The translations under genes and the position numbers were made by a program. DNA of 64,000 nt, from positions 16,616,001-16,680,000 of the forward strand of contig NC_135910.1 in NCBI RefSeq assembly GCF_964194155.1, written 5' to 3'. A model generated the notes under the pieces. That model saw only the letters and a program-made list of their open reading frames with translations, had not been told where the DNA came from and did not search any database. The stretch is from Cetorhinus maximus. Taxonomy: Eukaryota. This document shows positions 52,455 to 64,000 of the stretch, one piece after another. The stretch's first letter is position 1, and each line of letters opens with the position of its first letter.

Positions 52455-52717
52455 CTACTGGTAAACAAACAACGCATATGACAAAAACCGTGAATCCAAG
52501 AATGCCCCCGTTGGCTCTGTGAGCCACTGTGCCACAGGGCTGTAGTACTAACTAGGCAGAACAGTGCTGTAAGGGGCACTAGAGCTGGCTACAGTGCTCC
52601 TGAGCTAGGAGGGTTGCTGGCTACAGAGAAGTGTTCACGTGGTGGAATAAAGGCAGGGCCAATTTTGACTGTGGTGTCCCACATGGTTGAACAATCCAAT
52701 AATGTCCACTTGAGTGA

Positions 52718-52803
52718 AGTGACAGAAGTCAGCCACCACTCACTGAGTGACAGAAGTCAGCCACCACTCACTGAGTGACAGAAGTCAGCCACCACTCACT
52801 GAG
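52718..52803. repeat. Three perfect 28-bp tandem copies
   Basis: agtgacagaagtcagccaccactcactg starting at 52718, 52746 and 52774. Confidence 0.92.
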
Positions 52804-53184
52804 CTGCAGCAGGCAAGAGTAAGGAACAAAGGAGGACAACTGAAAAAATAATTTCGAATTGTTTTTACACCCATTCCCCGGACCACCTCGAATCTTTTCA
52901 AATGTACTTTCTCCCTTTTGCTTGGGTTTCTACAGGCGACCTCACAAATCTGTGAGGATTTGAGATCATTCAAGGAATGAATGGAAGCAGACAGCTTAGG
53001 TCACCTCTTGGCTTATTCACCTCTCCAAAGGCTTTTCCTCGAGTGACCAGTCGAGGCCAAGGACAACCATTAACCGCAGTCACAAACAAACGCCCAACAC
53101 GACACTGGCCAGCACAATGTTATATCAGTAACATGCAACCCCCGTCATCAGCTCTTGCTAAAATTCAAAGACAAATCCACTTAC

Positions 53185-53282
53185 TGTTTCCACAGATGCA
53201 GACAGCCAGCTCCTCCACTTGTTATGAAGATATTTTGATTCTGAGGCAAATGTCTCACCGTCCAAGCTGTAAATTTGTACGG
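53185..53282 (-). CDS. DNAAF10/WDR92-like exon 7 (98 nt)
   Basis: ttttttaaag|[32 protein letters not shown]|gtaagt. Confidence 0.85.
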
Positions 53283-54429
53283 CTTTAAAAAAAGAATGAA
53301 AATATGCAAGTTATTGGCCTTTGCTGAGTTTCTATGAAATCTCCAAAGGTAGACTCCCTTAACTGGAGTTCCTGGTGGTGATCCTTGCTCTTCAACAGAC
53401 CTGAAATTAAAATAACAATGTATGTTTCTTCCAACTGAGAAATGTCCTGTGATGAAGGGTTGCTCTGTAGAAAGCTGGGGAGTTCATGGAGGCAGATAGG
53501 AAGACGCCAGTCCCACAAACATCGAAAGTCATTGTGATCGTCTGTACTTTATAACGAGAAACCTGAAGGAAAGGGGAAGACCATCATGCCGGTCAACCCT
53601 GAGATTGAGAGGAAACAAACTAATTAAAGAAGTAATGATAATTAAGAAAAGCTTGGGTTTCGAAAATTCCGATAGATTACAGGTGGAACGGGTGACTGAG
53701 GGAAGTAAGGAGTAAAGTCCTGGTACAGAATCAGTTGGAGCCTACAATTCTTGATTTTAACAGTGCAATTACAGAGAAAAGAAACATAATGAATCCTACA
53801 CAATTAAGTACTAATATGGTGCTGTCTAGATCAGTAAATCAGTGTTCATTCTGCACCTAAGCATCTAATGGTTATTAATTAAATGCAAAAGATATGCAAA
53901 ATAGCTTTTAAAACTGGAATGTAAGCATGTGAAGGGTAGTGTGTTAAGCCCATTGCTGCTCATCTTGTCCACAAGACTAGTCCAAAGCTCATAGCACCCT
54001 CGCCTTTGAATCAGAGGGTTGTGGGTTCATGTCCCACTCCCGGAAACCAAGAACTGTGATTGTACTCGAAAGAGTTGCAATCTGTGACTGTTGATAACTC
54101 GAAAGAGTTTCCTGGACCATCAGTAAAGCTAATGGAAGTAACAACAATGCAGAGAATTGTGGCTGATTTCAGGAGCTCGTTGTGGTAGGGGTGGATTTCT
54201 TCCCCAACTTCCTAATGCAATCAAGCAAATTCCTGATCACCCAATGATGCATCAGCTGCAATGCATTACTGTACAGGCTCATTAAGCTGCAACCATTAAT
54301 ATGCCCTACTCTCCTTCCTCGAGACCTTCCTTAATCCTTGGGTTAGGTCAAGTCCCTTTTTAAAAGACTGTGGGGTGCCCCAATATCTCCTTCAAGGTGA
54401 CGTATGTGACGTTGAATTTAGGAATGTTG

Positions 54430-54975
54430 GAAGAGGCAGCCATTCAGCTCTTTAGTCTGTTCCACCATTCAATTAAATCATGGCTGATCCATATCTTAAC
54501 TTCATTTACCTGCCTTGGTTTTCTATCCCTTTAAGCCCCATACCTCATAAAATTTTCTCAACCTCATTTTAAAAATTTTCAATTAACCCCCAGCTTCAAA
54601 TGCTTTTTGGGAGCGAGAGTTCCAGGTTTGCACTACCCTTGGCGTGAAGTAGTGTTTCCTGACATCACCCCTGAATATGATTATGTTCCCTTGTTCTGGA
54701 CTCCCACGACCAGAGGAAATAGTTTCTCTCTTATCCACCATGTTAATTCCTTTAATCATCTTAAACAGGTCAAATAGATCATGCCTTAATCTTCTAGACT
54801 CAAGGGAATACAAGTCTAGATATGCAACCTGTCCTAATGATTTAACCATTTCAGTCCAGGGATCATTCTGGCAAATCTACACTGCACCCTTTCCAAGGCC
54901 AGTACCTCCTGAAGTGTGATGCCCAGATCTCAGTGCCATTACTCCAGATGGGGTCGGACCCAGAGCTTTGCACAA
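54430..54975 (-). mobile_element. CR1 LINE 3' fragment
   Basis: LYSLESRRLRHDL..FKMIKG..VRKHYFTPRVVQTWNS. Confidence 0.75.
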
Positions 54976-55005
54976 TAGCATAAATTCTACCCTTCAATAT
55001 CTTAC

Positions 55006-55140
55006 CTTCTCACTCCGAGAGGTAAAGCCATTGTCCATGTGGTACTTCTGCATATTGAAGACATGGACCCTTCCTTCCAGCGTTGTTGCCACCAGTTTAT
55101 TCAAACTTGTATCCTTTCCATCAAACTCCACACAGCAAAC
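55006..55140 (-). CDS. DNAAF10/WDR92-like exon 6 (135 nt)
   Basis: ag|VCCVEFDGKDTSLNKLVATTLEGRVHVFNMQKYHMDNGFTSRSEK|gtaaga. Confidence 0.87.
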
Positions 55141-55923
55141 CTACTTCGGAATTAATGTTAAAAAAACAGCCTTGAATTAGCTTCAGTGGACATTCTTCAT
55201 CTGTAACTATGGACAACTACTGGCAAAAAGACCATTCAATCACTGGAGTCATCCCATCCCAGCTCAATTCCCTACTTCTTAGATGTCCAGAAATGGCACT
55301 TCTTAATCAAGAGCCAGTGAAAGAAAAAACTGGCCTTTTATAACATCCCAAACCACTTTACAGCCAATCAAGTACTTTTCGACGTGTACTCACTGTTGTA
55401 ATGTAGGAAACACTGCAGCTACTTTGCACCTGCAAGCTCCCATAAACAGCAATATGATAATGAACAAATTATCTTTTTTGGCAATATTGCTTTAGGAATA
55501 AATATTGGAGAGAACTCCCCTGCTCTTCCTCAAAATAGTGCTGAGAGAGCAGATCTGGCCTTGGTTTAACATCTCATCCAAAAAACAGCACCTCCAACAG
55601 TGCAGCACTCCCTCAGTACTGCACTGCACTGCACTGTCAGCCTGGGCTTTCTACTCAAATCTCTGGAGTGGGACTTGAATCCACAACCTTGAGACTCAGG
55701 AGCAAAGCTACAACTGACACTGGGTAGAAATCTCGTGCCCATACAGACTTGGCTGATCTCAACATTTGGGGAACTACAACTGATGTTAACCTCCAGTGCT
55801 GCCCCAGATGAGATCCACTAGCCCAGCACAGAACAGGAACTGAAGCTGGAGTGGCTCAGCTTCACAGCAGCACTGGATTTGAATTCTCTCCATGGGAATC
55901 CGCTCATGTCACTCAGAACTCAC

Positions 55924-56039
55924 CCCGCTCTTGACATTTGTCTCCCATCGCACTTCCATGTTTCGCAAATCAAATAGTTTAATATCCCCATTGTCATATC
56001 CGGCGCAAACACAGCGGTCCCACTGGGTACATGCGTGGC
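55924..56039 (-). CDS. DNAAF10/WDR92-like exon 5 (116 nt)
   Basis: ttctcag|(G)[38 protein letters not shown]|gtgagt. Confidence 0.9.
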
Positions 56040-56163
56040 CTGAGAACCAGCCCAAAACAAACATACTTTAAACACAAAACATACTTTAAACATATGTATG
56101 TAAATGTGTTTTTGCATGTGTGCATTGTGTGCAATGATGCAGCTCCTGTGAGCTTCAACTCAC

Positions 56164-56265
56164 CAAAAGCAACTGTCCAGCAGTCTCTCCTGTTAAATCC
56201 AGCTGCAGGCTCCATATTGGCCACAGGAAGGTCCTTTTGTCGTGAATCCCAGACCTTGACTGTAC
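56164..56265 (-). CDS. DNAAF10/WDR92-like exon 4 (102 nt)
   Basis: ttttctgccag|(G)[33 protein letters not shown]|gtgagt. Confidence 0.9.
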
Positions 56266-58440
56266 CTGGCAGAAAAGGTACAATATTAAGGGGGTCACAA
56301 GTGTCTGGTATTCATCATTTGGCACCCAGCAGCACATTCCCCATCAAACTCCATCCATCCCAATTGATGAGAATCTGATAGATCAGCTCCTGAATCAGCC
56401 TGAGTCAGCTTGGCTCAGTTGATAGCGGTCTTGGTTCAGAGTGAACAGGTTGTATTATCAAACTGCACTCCGAGGATTTGAGCCATAATTTGGCTCCTAA
56501 AGCCAGCCAGGGAACAGTTTATAACCCTTTATAACCCTTAATCATTAACTTTTACTGTCAAAGCTCAGGTAGCTCAGTTCTATTTTTACTCATATTTCTC
56601 ACTTGCTGGCTTGCCCTTGTTTCAAAGAACAATAAAAAATTTAAGGAGGCCATTCAGCCCATTGTCCTTGAGTCAGCTCTCTGAAAACTATCCAATTAGT
56701 CCTACACCCCAGTTCTTTCCCCAATCCAATTTTTAATTCCCCTTTGAAACTGCTTCCACCACCCTTTCAGGCAGTGAATTCCAGATCGCAACAACTCACT
56801 GCTTAAAACAATCTCTCATCGCCTCTCAGATTCTTCTGCCAATTATCTTAAATCTGTGTCTTCAGGTTACAGACCCTCTGCCAGTGCAAACACTTTCTTA
56901 TTTACTCTGTCAAAACCTTTCATAGTTTTGAATACCTCTATTAAATGTTTAAATTTCACAGGACTGGAGGTTTGGAAAGAGTTGCAGCGCTGTTCACTCA
57001 TTCATGGCTAAATCCTAAAGTAAAATACCTAGATTGGTTACTATCAACCGGAGAGAGAACTACAGAAACTCACAACACAGAAAGTGACCATTCAATCCAT
57101 CATACCTGTCTTAGCTCTTTGGAAAAGCTATCCAATTACACTTATCCCCCTGCCCTTTTCCCACGTTCCTGCAAAAGGTTCCCCTTCTGGGAATCAATGT
57201 AGAATAGATTGAAGCTTTATCCTGTAGTGACTTGTGATAGCAAAGCTTGCACATGCTGGACTGGGCAGACATTTCAGCGTGACACAGAGGGCGTCCGGCA
57301 TTGACAGAGGTGATGTCCTTAAGCAAGATGCTTCAACAGGCCCCTTTTGCCTGGCCCACTGTAAAATTGGTGTACGTTTCATTGTCAGGCCCTCCTAATA
57401 TGTGTGCAGTAAACTGAAAGGGAACAGGGAGCCATTGCATCCTGATGAGAAGCACAGAGGTGGAACTGCCGAGGTTTGCAAGGCTACGGGCTTGAGGAGC
57501 AGTGTTCTGAATGAGCTGCGAACTATGGAAGGTGGAAGTGGGGAGACTGGGTAGGCGAGCAGCAGGGCCTCACGATGTAGAAAAGGCACGGATTACATTC
57601 TGGGTGGAAGAGCTGTATCAGTGAGGGAACTTCTGGCATCCATTTATCTAATATTCAAATTGATATGGTCACCACATAAATAGTGCAGATTTGCATAAGT
57701 GGTAGGAACATGATAGAGTCATAGGGTTATACAGCACAGAAACAGGCCCTTCGGCCCATTGTGTCCGTGCCGGCCATCAAGCATCTACCTATTCTAATCC
57801 CATTTTCTAGCACTTGACCCGTGGCCCTGTATGCTATTATCTACTCTCCTATCAACCAGTCAAGTTTCTCTCATCAACAGTGACCCTCATTTGCGGTGGT
57901 TTAATAATATGACCTATTTCACTCGAAAGGGCAGATCTTCTGAGTTCTTACCCCCTTTACTCAAACCTGGGTTTTAAAAGCTTGCGGCTGGTAAAAAGAA
58001 GAGTGTAAAAGAGCTGCCTAGTTTGACAAGAGGTTATCAACCTGAAACGTTAACTTGGTTTCTCTCTCCACAGACGCTGCCTGACCTACTGAGTACTTTC
58101 AACGTTTTCTGTTTTTATTTTGGATTTTGAGTATCTGCAGCATTTTGCTTATGGATAGTTTGAGGTCCTGGGTTAGAAAGAGATTAGTGCCAAATCTTGA
58201 TTCCATAGAGCTGAGGAGGAGCCCATTCAGCCCATTGTGCCTGTGTCACTCTTTGAAAGAGCCATTCAATTAATCCCATTCCCTACTCCAGCCCCAAAGC
58301 CTTGCAAATTTCTACTTTTCAAGTATTTATCCAATTCCTTTTTGAAAGTTATTAGTGAACCTGCTCCCAGGCAGCACACAAAAAAAAATTGCACATCTCC
58401 CCTCTGGTTCAATTGCCAAACTGTTTATACAAGTACTTAC

Positions 58441-58571
58441 CATCCCTGCTGCCCGTGACTATCTCTGGGGCCCCCTGTCCGATTCCAAGCCCACCTACAC
58501 CATCGATGCAGTTAATGATTTCTCGATGTGCTTTAGCTGTGTAGAGTGGAGCTTCAGATGCCTCCAGGTTC
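58441..58571 (-). CDS. DNAAF10/WDR92-like exon 3 (131 nt)
   Basis: cccatag|(W)[43 protein letters not shown]|gtaagt. Confidence 0.9.
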
Positions 58572-59464
58572 CTATGGGATAACAACAGGTGAGCTTTTAG
58601 ATTCTCTTATAATTGCACTTACACTGTAGAAGGTGTGGGAGAGTGATGTGTGTGTTGCTAATTTCCCAACCTGTGTCAATATCCCCGTTGGGTCAAAAAC
58701 CCCCTATGTTATGGTAAAATGCTATATAAATGCAAGTTGTTGTTATTATTGGACCATAACCCAGGAGTTCACATCACATGACCTCCCACCTCCAACCGCC
58801 CCACCCCCACCGGCCCATCACTGGCCAGAAGGTCAAAGCAATGGAGGCCACAATACCCATAATCCTCCAGAAACTGCAATATTTATCCCAGTTTTCTTGG
58901 TTCCACTGCACCCTGGATGTGTTCCAGTGCTTCTGTTGTTGCACGTCTGTCTGCAGCAGCCGCTTGCAGGAGTGTTTCCAGATGGTCATTCTCTAATTCT
59001 GGATCAATCCAAGTCAATCTGGGAGGGATTTCCAACTCCTACTGGGACAAGGGTGCCAGTTTCTATAAGCACCTGGATTCTGCTTTTACATAATGAATTC
59101 TGCCCCGCTCACATAACTGAAACCATCTTCCACATCCTGATTACAGCAATGTCAACCCACAGTTAAAATGGTCTCTATTACACCTGTTTACACCCTTATG
59201 CATGTCTTGTGTGGTTCCTTACCCTGAATGGAACTTGTCGAATGGTGAACTGCAGTTGTTGACCTATCTATACTATACCAACAGACTCCACATGCACAGT
59301 CTCACCCCAGTTGAATTAACAACCATGCAGATATTTAACAACTATTGAGCTCCCATGGGAAGCTTAATGGGTTCAGGCAGCATCCTGGCACTGAACACAG
59401 AAATGAGATCATAAAAGAAGTTGCACTGAAGATCAACTTTGAAGCAAAGAATTTTTTAAAAATT

Positions 59465-60290
59465 CATTCATGGGATGTGGGCTTTGCTGTCTGGGCCAAC
59501 ATTTATTGCCCATCTAGTTGGCCTTGAGAAGGTGGTGGTGAGCTGCCTTCTTGAACCGCTGTAGACCATGTGGTGTAGGTACATCCACAGTGCTGGAAGG
59601 GAGTTCCAGGATTTTGACCCAGCGACAGTGAAGGAACAGTGATATATTTCCAAGTCAGAATGGTGAGTGACTCAGAGGGGAAATTCCAGGTGGTGGTGTT
59701 CCCATCTATCTGCTGCACTTGTCCTTCTAGCTGGTAATGGTCATGGGTTTGGAAGGTGCTGTCTGAGGTGCCTTGGTGAATTCCTGCAGTGCATCTTGTA
59801 GATGGTACACACACTGCTGCTACTGTGCGCCAGTGGTGGAAGGAGTGAATGTTTGTGGATGTGGTGCCCAATCAAGCAGGCTGCTTTGTCCTGGATGTTG
59901 TCAAGCTTCTTGAATGTTGTTGGAGCTGCACTCATCCAAGAAAATGGGGAGTATTCCATCACACTCCTGATTTGTGCGTTGTAGATGGTGGACAGGCTTT
60001 GGGGAGTCAGGAGGTGGGTTACTCGCCACACGATTCCTAGCCTCTGACCTGCTCTTGTAGCCACAGTATTTATATGGCAAGTCCAGTTCAGTTTCTGGTC
60101 AATGGTAACCCCCAGGATGTTGACAGTGGGGGATTCAGTGATGACAATGCCATTAAATGTCAAGGGGCAATGGTTATATTCTCTCTTGTTGGAGATGGTC
60201 ATTGCCTGACACTTGTAAGCGTGAATGTTACTTGTCACTTGTCAGCCCAAGCCTGAATATTGTCCAGGTCTTGCTGCATTTGGACATGGG
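59465..60290 (-). mobile_element. CTIYKMHC-family CR1/L2-group LINE 3' fragment
   Basis: ORF 59741-60238: ILGVTIDQKLNWTCHI...IYNAQIRSVMEYS. Confidence 0.85.
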
Positions 60291-60683
60291 CTGCTTTTGT
60301 CTGTGCTAAATCTGAGGCTGACAAACGCAAATACTTTGGATAGTTTTATGAATCTTTCTTGTGAATAGCCAAGAGAAAGGAACCTTCTGCAGTAAATTAA
60401 AAGCCTCTTCAAACCCTTCCCAAAAGAAACAATCCACTTAGAATACAGACTTAAGTTTTTATATAGCAATGTTCACAATCATAGGACATCTCAAGTGTTT
60501 TACAACCAATGCAGTGCTTGTAACCTAACTCCATGTACCTGTCTTTTCCCCATATCCCTTAATCCTTCTGGTTAACAAAAATCTATCAATCTCAGTTTTA
60601 AATTCAATAATTGATCAAGCATTAATTGCTGTTGGCAGAAGAAAGTTCCAAGCTTAACTTAACTAACCAGCTACACTTATTAC

Positions 60684-60784
60684 CAGATGTGAAGATTGCC
60701 TTCAAAGTCTCCTGTTGCCAGGTGCCTCTGTTGCATACTGGTAGCTCCAAATGTGCCGCACCTGAAGGCTCTGGGCTTTTCGAT
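60684..60784 (-). CDS. DNAAF10/WDR92-like exon 2 (101 nt); exon 1 presumably beyond the right edge
   Basis: ctttgtag|[33 protein letters not shown](W)|gtaata. Confidence 0.9.
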
Positions 60785-61764
60785 CTACAAAGTGAAAGGA
60801 ATAAGGTTTCCTGAGATCACAGTATTTTTGTGGTGGGTCTGAGCCCTGGAGATGTAGGAAAATCACCACAGTGACATAGCCTGGTAGAGTTCCAAATACT
60901 GTGAAATTTGGCAGGTACATGTTGGTTAGCATCTTGAGCACATCATTGTTGTGAGTTGGGTTTCAGCAAAGCAGATTTGTGAAATTTTCAAATCATGGCC
61001 AGCATGGAATTATGGAAATAGTCTTTCCAAATCTGAACTGTGTCCAGAGAAAATTCAGAGCTATGTTAATACTAGGTCAAGTACTGGTTATTCGAATTCC
61101 CATTCCAGAGACTTAAAGTCAAAATCTTGGCTGTCACTCCTAGTGCAGTACTGAGGGAGTGCTGCAGTGTCTTTTGAATGAGACGCAAAACTAAGGGCCT
61201 GTTTGCTCCCTAAGGTGGACATAAAGGATCATACCAAAGAAGAGCAGAGGAGTCCTGGCCAATATTGATCCCTCAACTAATGGCACTGAAACTGATGACC
61301 TGTTTCTCAACTTGAATACTCAAGAAATCAGCAAGGAACAATGAAAATAAAACATTCATGTTTCAACTCAGCTAATAATGTATACTGTTGGATTGTATAC
61401 TCTTCACTTTGTTTTACTGTTTGTGCAAGTTTGTTGTATGCAAATCGGCTGCTTTGTTTCCTACATTCACAACTGTGACTACACTTCAAAATGTGATGGG
61501 TAACAAATACCAGCCTTGCCTTGTCCTGAGAATGAATTGAAAAAGAAATTTGATGACTTTACCTTCTTCAATGCCTAAAGAAAGACTTGTGCTTACATAG
61601 CACCTGATCACACCACTCAGAAATCTCTCAAATTACTTACTATTACAATGTGTTACAGTGATCCAAAGTGTATAGGGTACCTCATTCATGAGACACATGA
61701 GTCGATTTGCACACAGCACGATCTTCCAAACAGCAATGATCGGAAAATAAATACTTGCATTTAT

Positions 61765-62002
61765 ATAAAAGCAAAATACTGCAGATGCTGGAAATCTGAA
61801 ATAAAAACAGAAAGTGCTGGAGAACCTCAGCAGGACTAGCAACATCTGTGGAGACAGAAACAGAGTTAATGCTTTTGACATTTAAACGTTTTAACATTTA
61901 TGACTCTTCTTCAGAGTCATACAGACTTGAAACGTTAACTCTGTTTCTCTCTCCACAGATGCTGCCAGACCTGCTGAGTTTTTCCAGCATTTTCTGTTTT
62001 TA
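61765..62002. mobile_element. Fold-back pair of Penelope pseudo-LTRs
   Basis: 61801-61875 is the reverse complement of ~61930-62002; pivot tgactcttcttcagagtca. Confidence 0.7.
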
Positions 62003-63049
62003 CTTGCATTTATATATCACGTTTCATGGCCTCAGGACATCCCAAAGGGCTTCACAGCCAATTAAGTGCTTTTTCAAGTGCAGTTACTGTTGTAATATAG
62101 AAAATGTGGCAGCCAATTTGTGCACAGCAAGCTCCCACAAAAAGCATTAAAATAACTAGATAATCTGGTTTTGTGATGTTGACTGTGGGGTAAATATTGG
62201 CCAGGAACCAGGCTCTTTTCGAAATAGCGCCATGGTATATATTAACTCCACTTGAGAGACAGATAGCACCTCTGGTAGTGTAGCATTTTCTCAATACTGC
62301 ACTGGAGTGTAAGCCTACCATACATTATATCTTTTTTTAGCTCTTGTGTATATATAACTCCGCAAAGGTAGATTATAGAAACTGTGTAGATTCAGGAATG
62401 TTAGATGTAGAAAGCGAGTCTAAAAGTCCCAAAACAAACACACAAGATTATCAACATTCATGGCCCCTATTCAGTGGGAAAGAGAGGGAAAATGTCTTAT
62501 CCAACACTTACTCCTTTAAATAGTCATCACCCCTTTAAATTAGAACTCAGGCAAAACTGCAGAACAATGAGAAGGAATGACCACTGACACATTTTAAGTT
62601 ATTTTATCATTTGCTATCTTTGCCTTTCCTCCAGCCATAGTAACTCCTCCAGGAAGGTTCCAAAAACAAAATCGGAAGCAGATATATGAAAAATTACAAA
62701 TTTCTCAATTGACAGGAAAGATGGGTCATATAAAACTTGCCATCCTTCAATGAGAATGTACACAGTGCAGCAATTTTATAGATATTTATAGTGCAATCTT
62801 CTCCCACATGTTTCTGCGACAATGTAACAGTTGGAAGTAATCTGATACAGTCGCCACAGTAACTATTATACTGCAAGTTTAATCGTCATGTGGCTCAGCT
62901 GGTGACTGCACAGTCCAGTGTGGACATGCTGACCAAAGATCCTAAGTTTCAAACCTGAGAATGTGCTGAGTCAGCTGATCTCCTTGTTCTTTAGACAATA
63001 CCTGTGACTCCTAATGTCCTGTGGAGTCTATAATGGTGGAAGGGGTAGA

Positions 63050-64000
63050 TATTTTGGTTGGTGGATGAGTTTCCAAACAAGCAGATTGCCATGTTCTAGA
63101 TGGTGTCGAGTTTCTTGAGCATTATTGGAGCTGCACCCATTCAGGCAAGTGAACGGTATTCCCTCACACTCCTGACCAGTACCTTCTAGATGTTGGACAG
63201 ACTTTGAGAAGTCAGCAGTTGAATCATTTGCTGCAGAATTCCCAGCCTCCAGCCTGCTCTTGTAGCCACAGTATTTATGAAGCTGGTCCAGTCACATTCT
63301 AGTCAATAGTGATCCTGTGAATGTTGATTGTGGGGGAATTTGGTGATAATAATGCCATTGTTGGAGATGGTCACTTCATGGCACTTGTGTGGTGCGAATG
63401 TTACTTGCCACTTATCAGCCCCAAGCCTGGATATTGTCCATTCTTGCTCCAGGTAGGTACAGACTGCTTCATTATCTTAACAGTTGCAAATGGATTGAAT
63501 GCTGCAATCATCAGCAAACATCCCCATTTCTGACCCTGTGATGGGGAGAAGACGATTGGTGAAGCAGCTGAAGATGGTTGGGCCGAGGTCACTCTCCAGG
63601 GGAACTCCTGAATCGATGACCTGGGGCTGAGATGATTGGCCTCCAATAACCACAACCATCTTCCTTTGAGCTAGTTATTACTGCAGCCAGTGGAAAATTT
63701 CATGCCCCCGCCCCCCTTCATCCAACCCATCCCCGCACCTCGAATGTCAGTAACTTCAATTTTGCCAGGGCCCCTTGATTAGGTCCACTGCTACCTTGAT
63801 GTCAAGGCAGTCTCACTTCATCTGTGGAATTCAACTCTTTTGCCTACGTTTGGACCAAGGCTGTAATGAGGCCTGGAGCCAAGTGGTCCTGGCAGAACAC
63901 AAGCTGAGCATTGGTGAGCAGTTTACTAGTGAGTAAGTGTAAGAGTTTGTACCACTGTTGACAACCCCACTCCATTACTATGCTGAAGAAGGAGAGTGCA
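63050..64000 (-). mobile_element. Degenerate CTIYKMHC-family LINE with an RT remnant
   Basis: GVPLESDLGPTIFSCF...MFADDC on the reverse strand. Confidence 0.8.

Noticed and set aside
57440-57470. CTGATGAG as another hammerhead
   Set aside because: No downstream GAAA or stems at suitable spacing.
62694-62876. 60-aa minus-strand ORF as DNAAF10-like exon 1
   Set aside because: No resemblance to the WDR92 N-terminus (KPQII...FDCKWVP), and its apparent donor is not in phase with exon 2.

Overview
Vertebrate genomic DNA, most likely a shark or other cartilaginous fish judging by its repeats (CR1/L2/RTE/Tx1 LINE fragments, Deu-domain SINEs, Penelope-like elements). Four intron-containing genes were rebuilt by hand from GT-AG boundaries and frame continuity. 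(1) The 5' end of C19orf47 (minus; exons 9467-9485 and 252-339; continues off the left edge). (2) Complete CCDC97 (minus; 5 coding exons, 359 aa). (3) A complete SRSF5-type SR splicing factor (plus; non-coding exon 1 plus 7 coding exons, 284 aa). (4) Seven frame-intact exons (2-8) of a clearly divergent DNAAF10/WDR92-like gene (minus; exon 1 not found in the window). C19orf47 and CCDC97 mark the human 19q13.2-equivalent segment, so the SRSF5-like and DNAAF10-like genes look like whole-genome-duplication paralogues that mammals lack at this locus. Other highlights: a ~35-bp periodic array of GC-box + TGAnTGACAG (PBX/PREP-type) motifs in the SRSF5-like promoter; candidate poison and micro-exons in its intron 5; a young Tx1-type insertion with a perfect 17-bp target-site duplication; a Penelope element and derived repeats with minimal hammerhead ribozyme cores and fold-back structures; and a modular minisatellite beside the C19orf47 promoter. 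Most short ORFs in the supplied track are repeat-derived or spurious. Gene identities rest on recalled protein similarity, not database searches.
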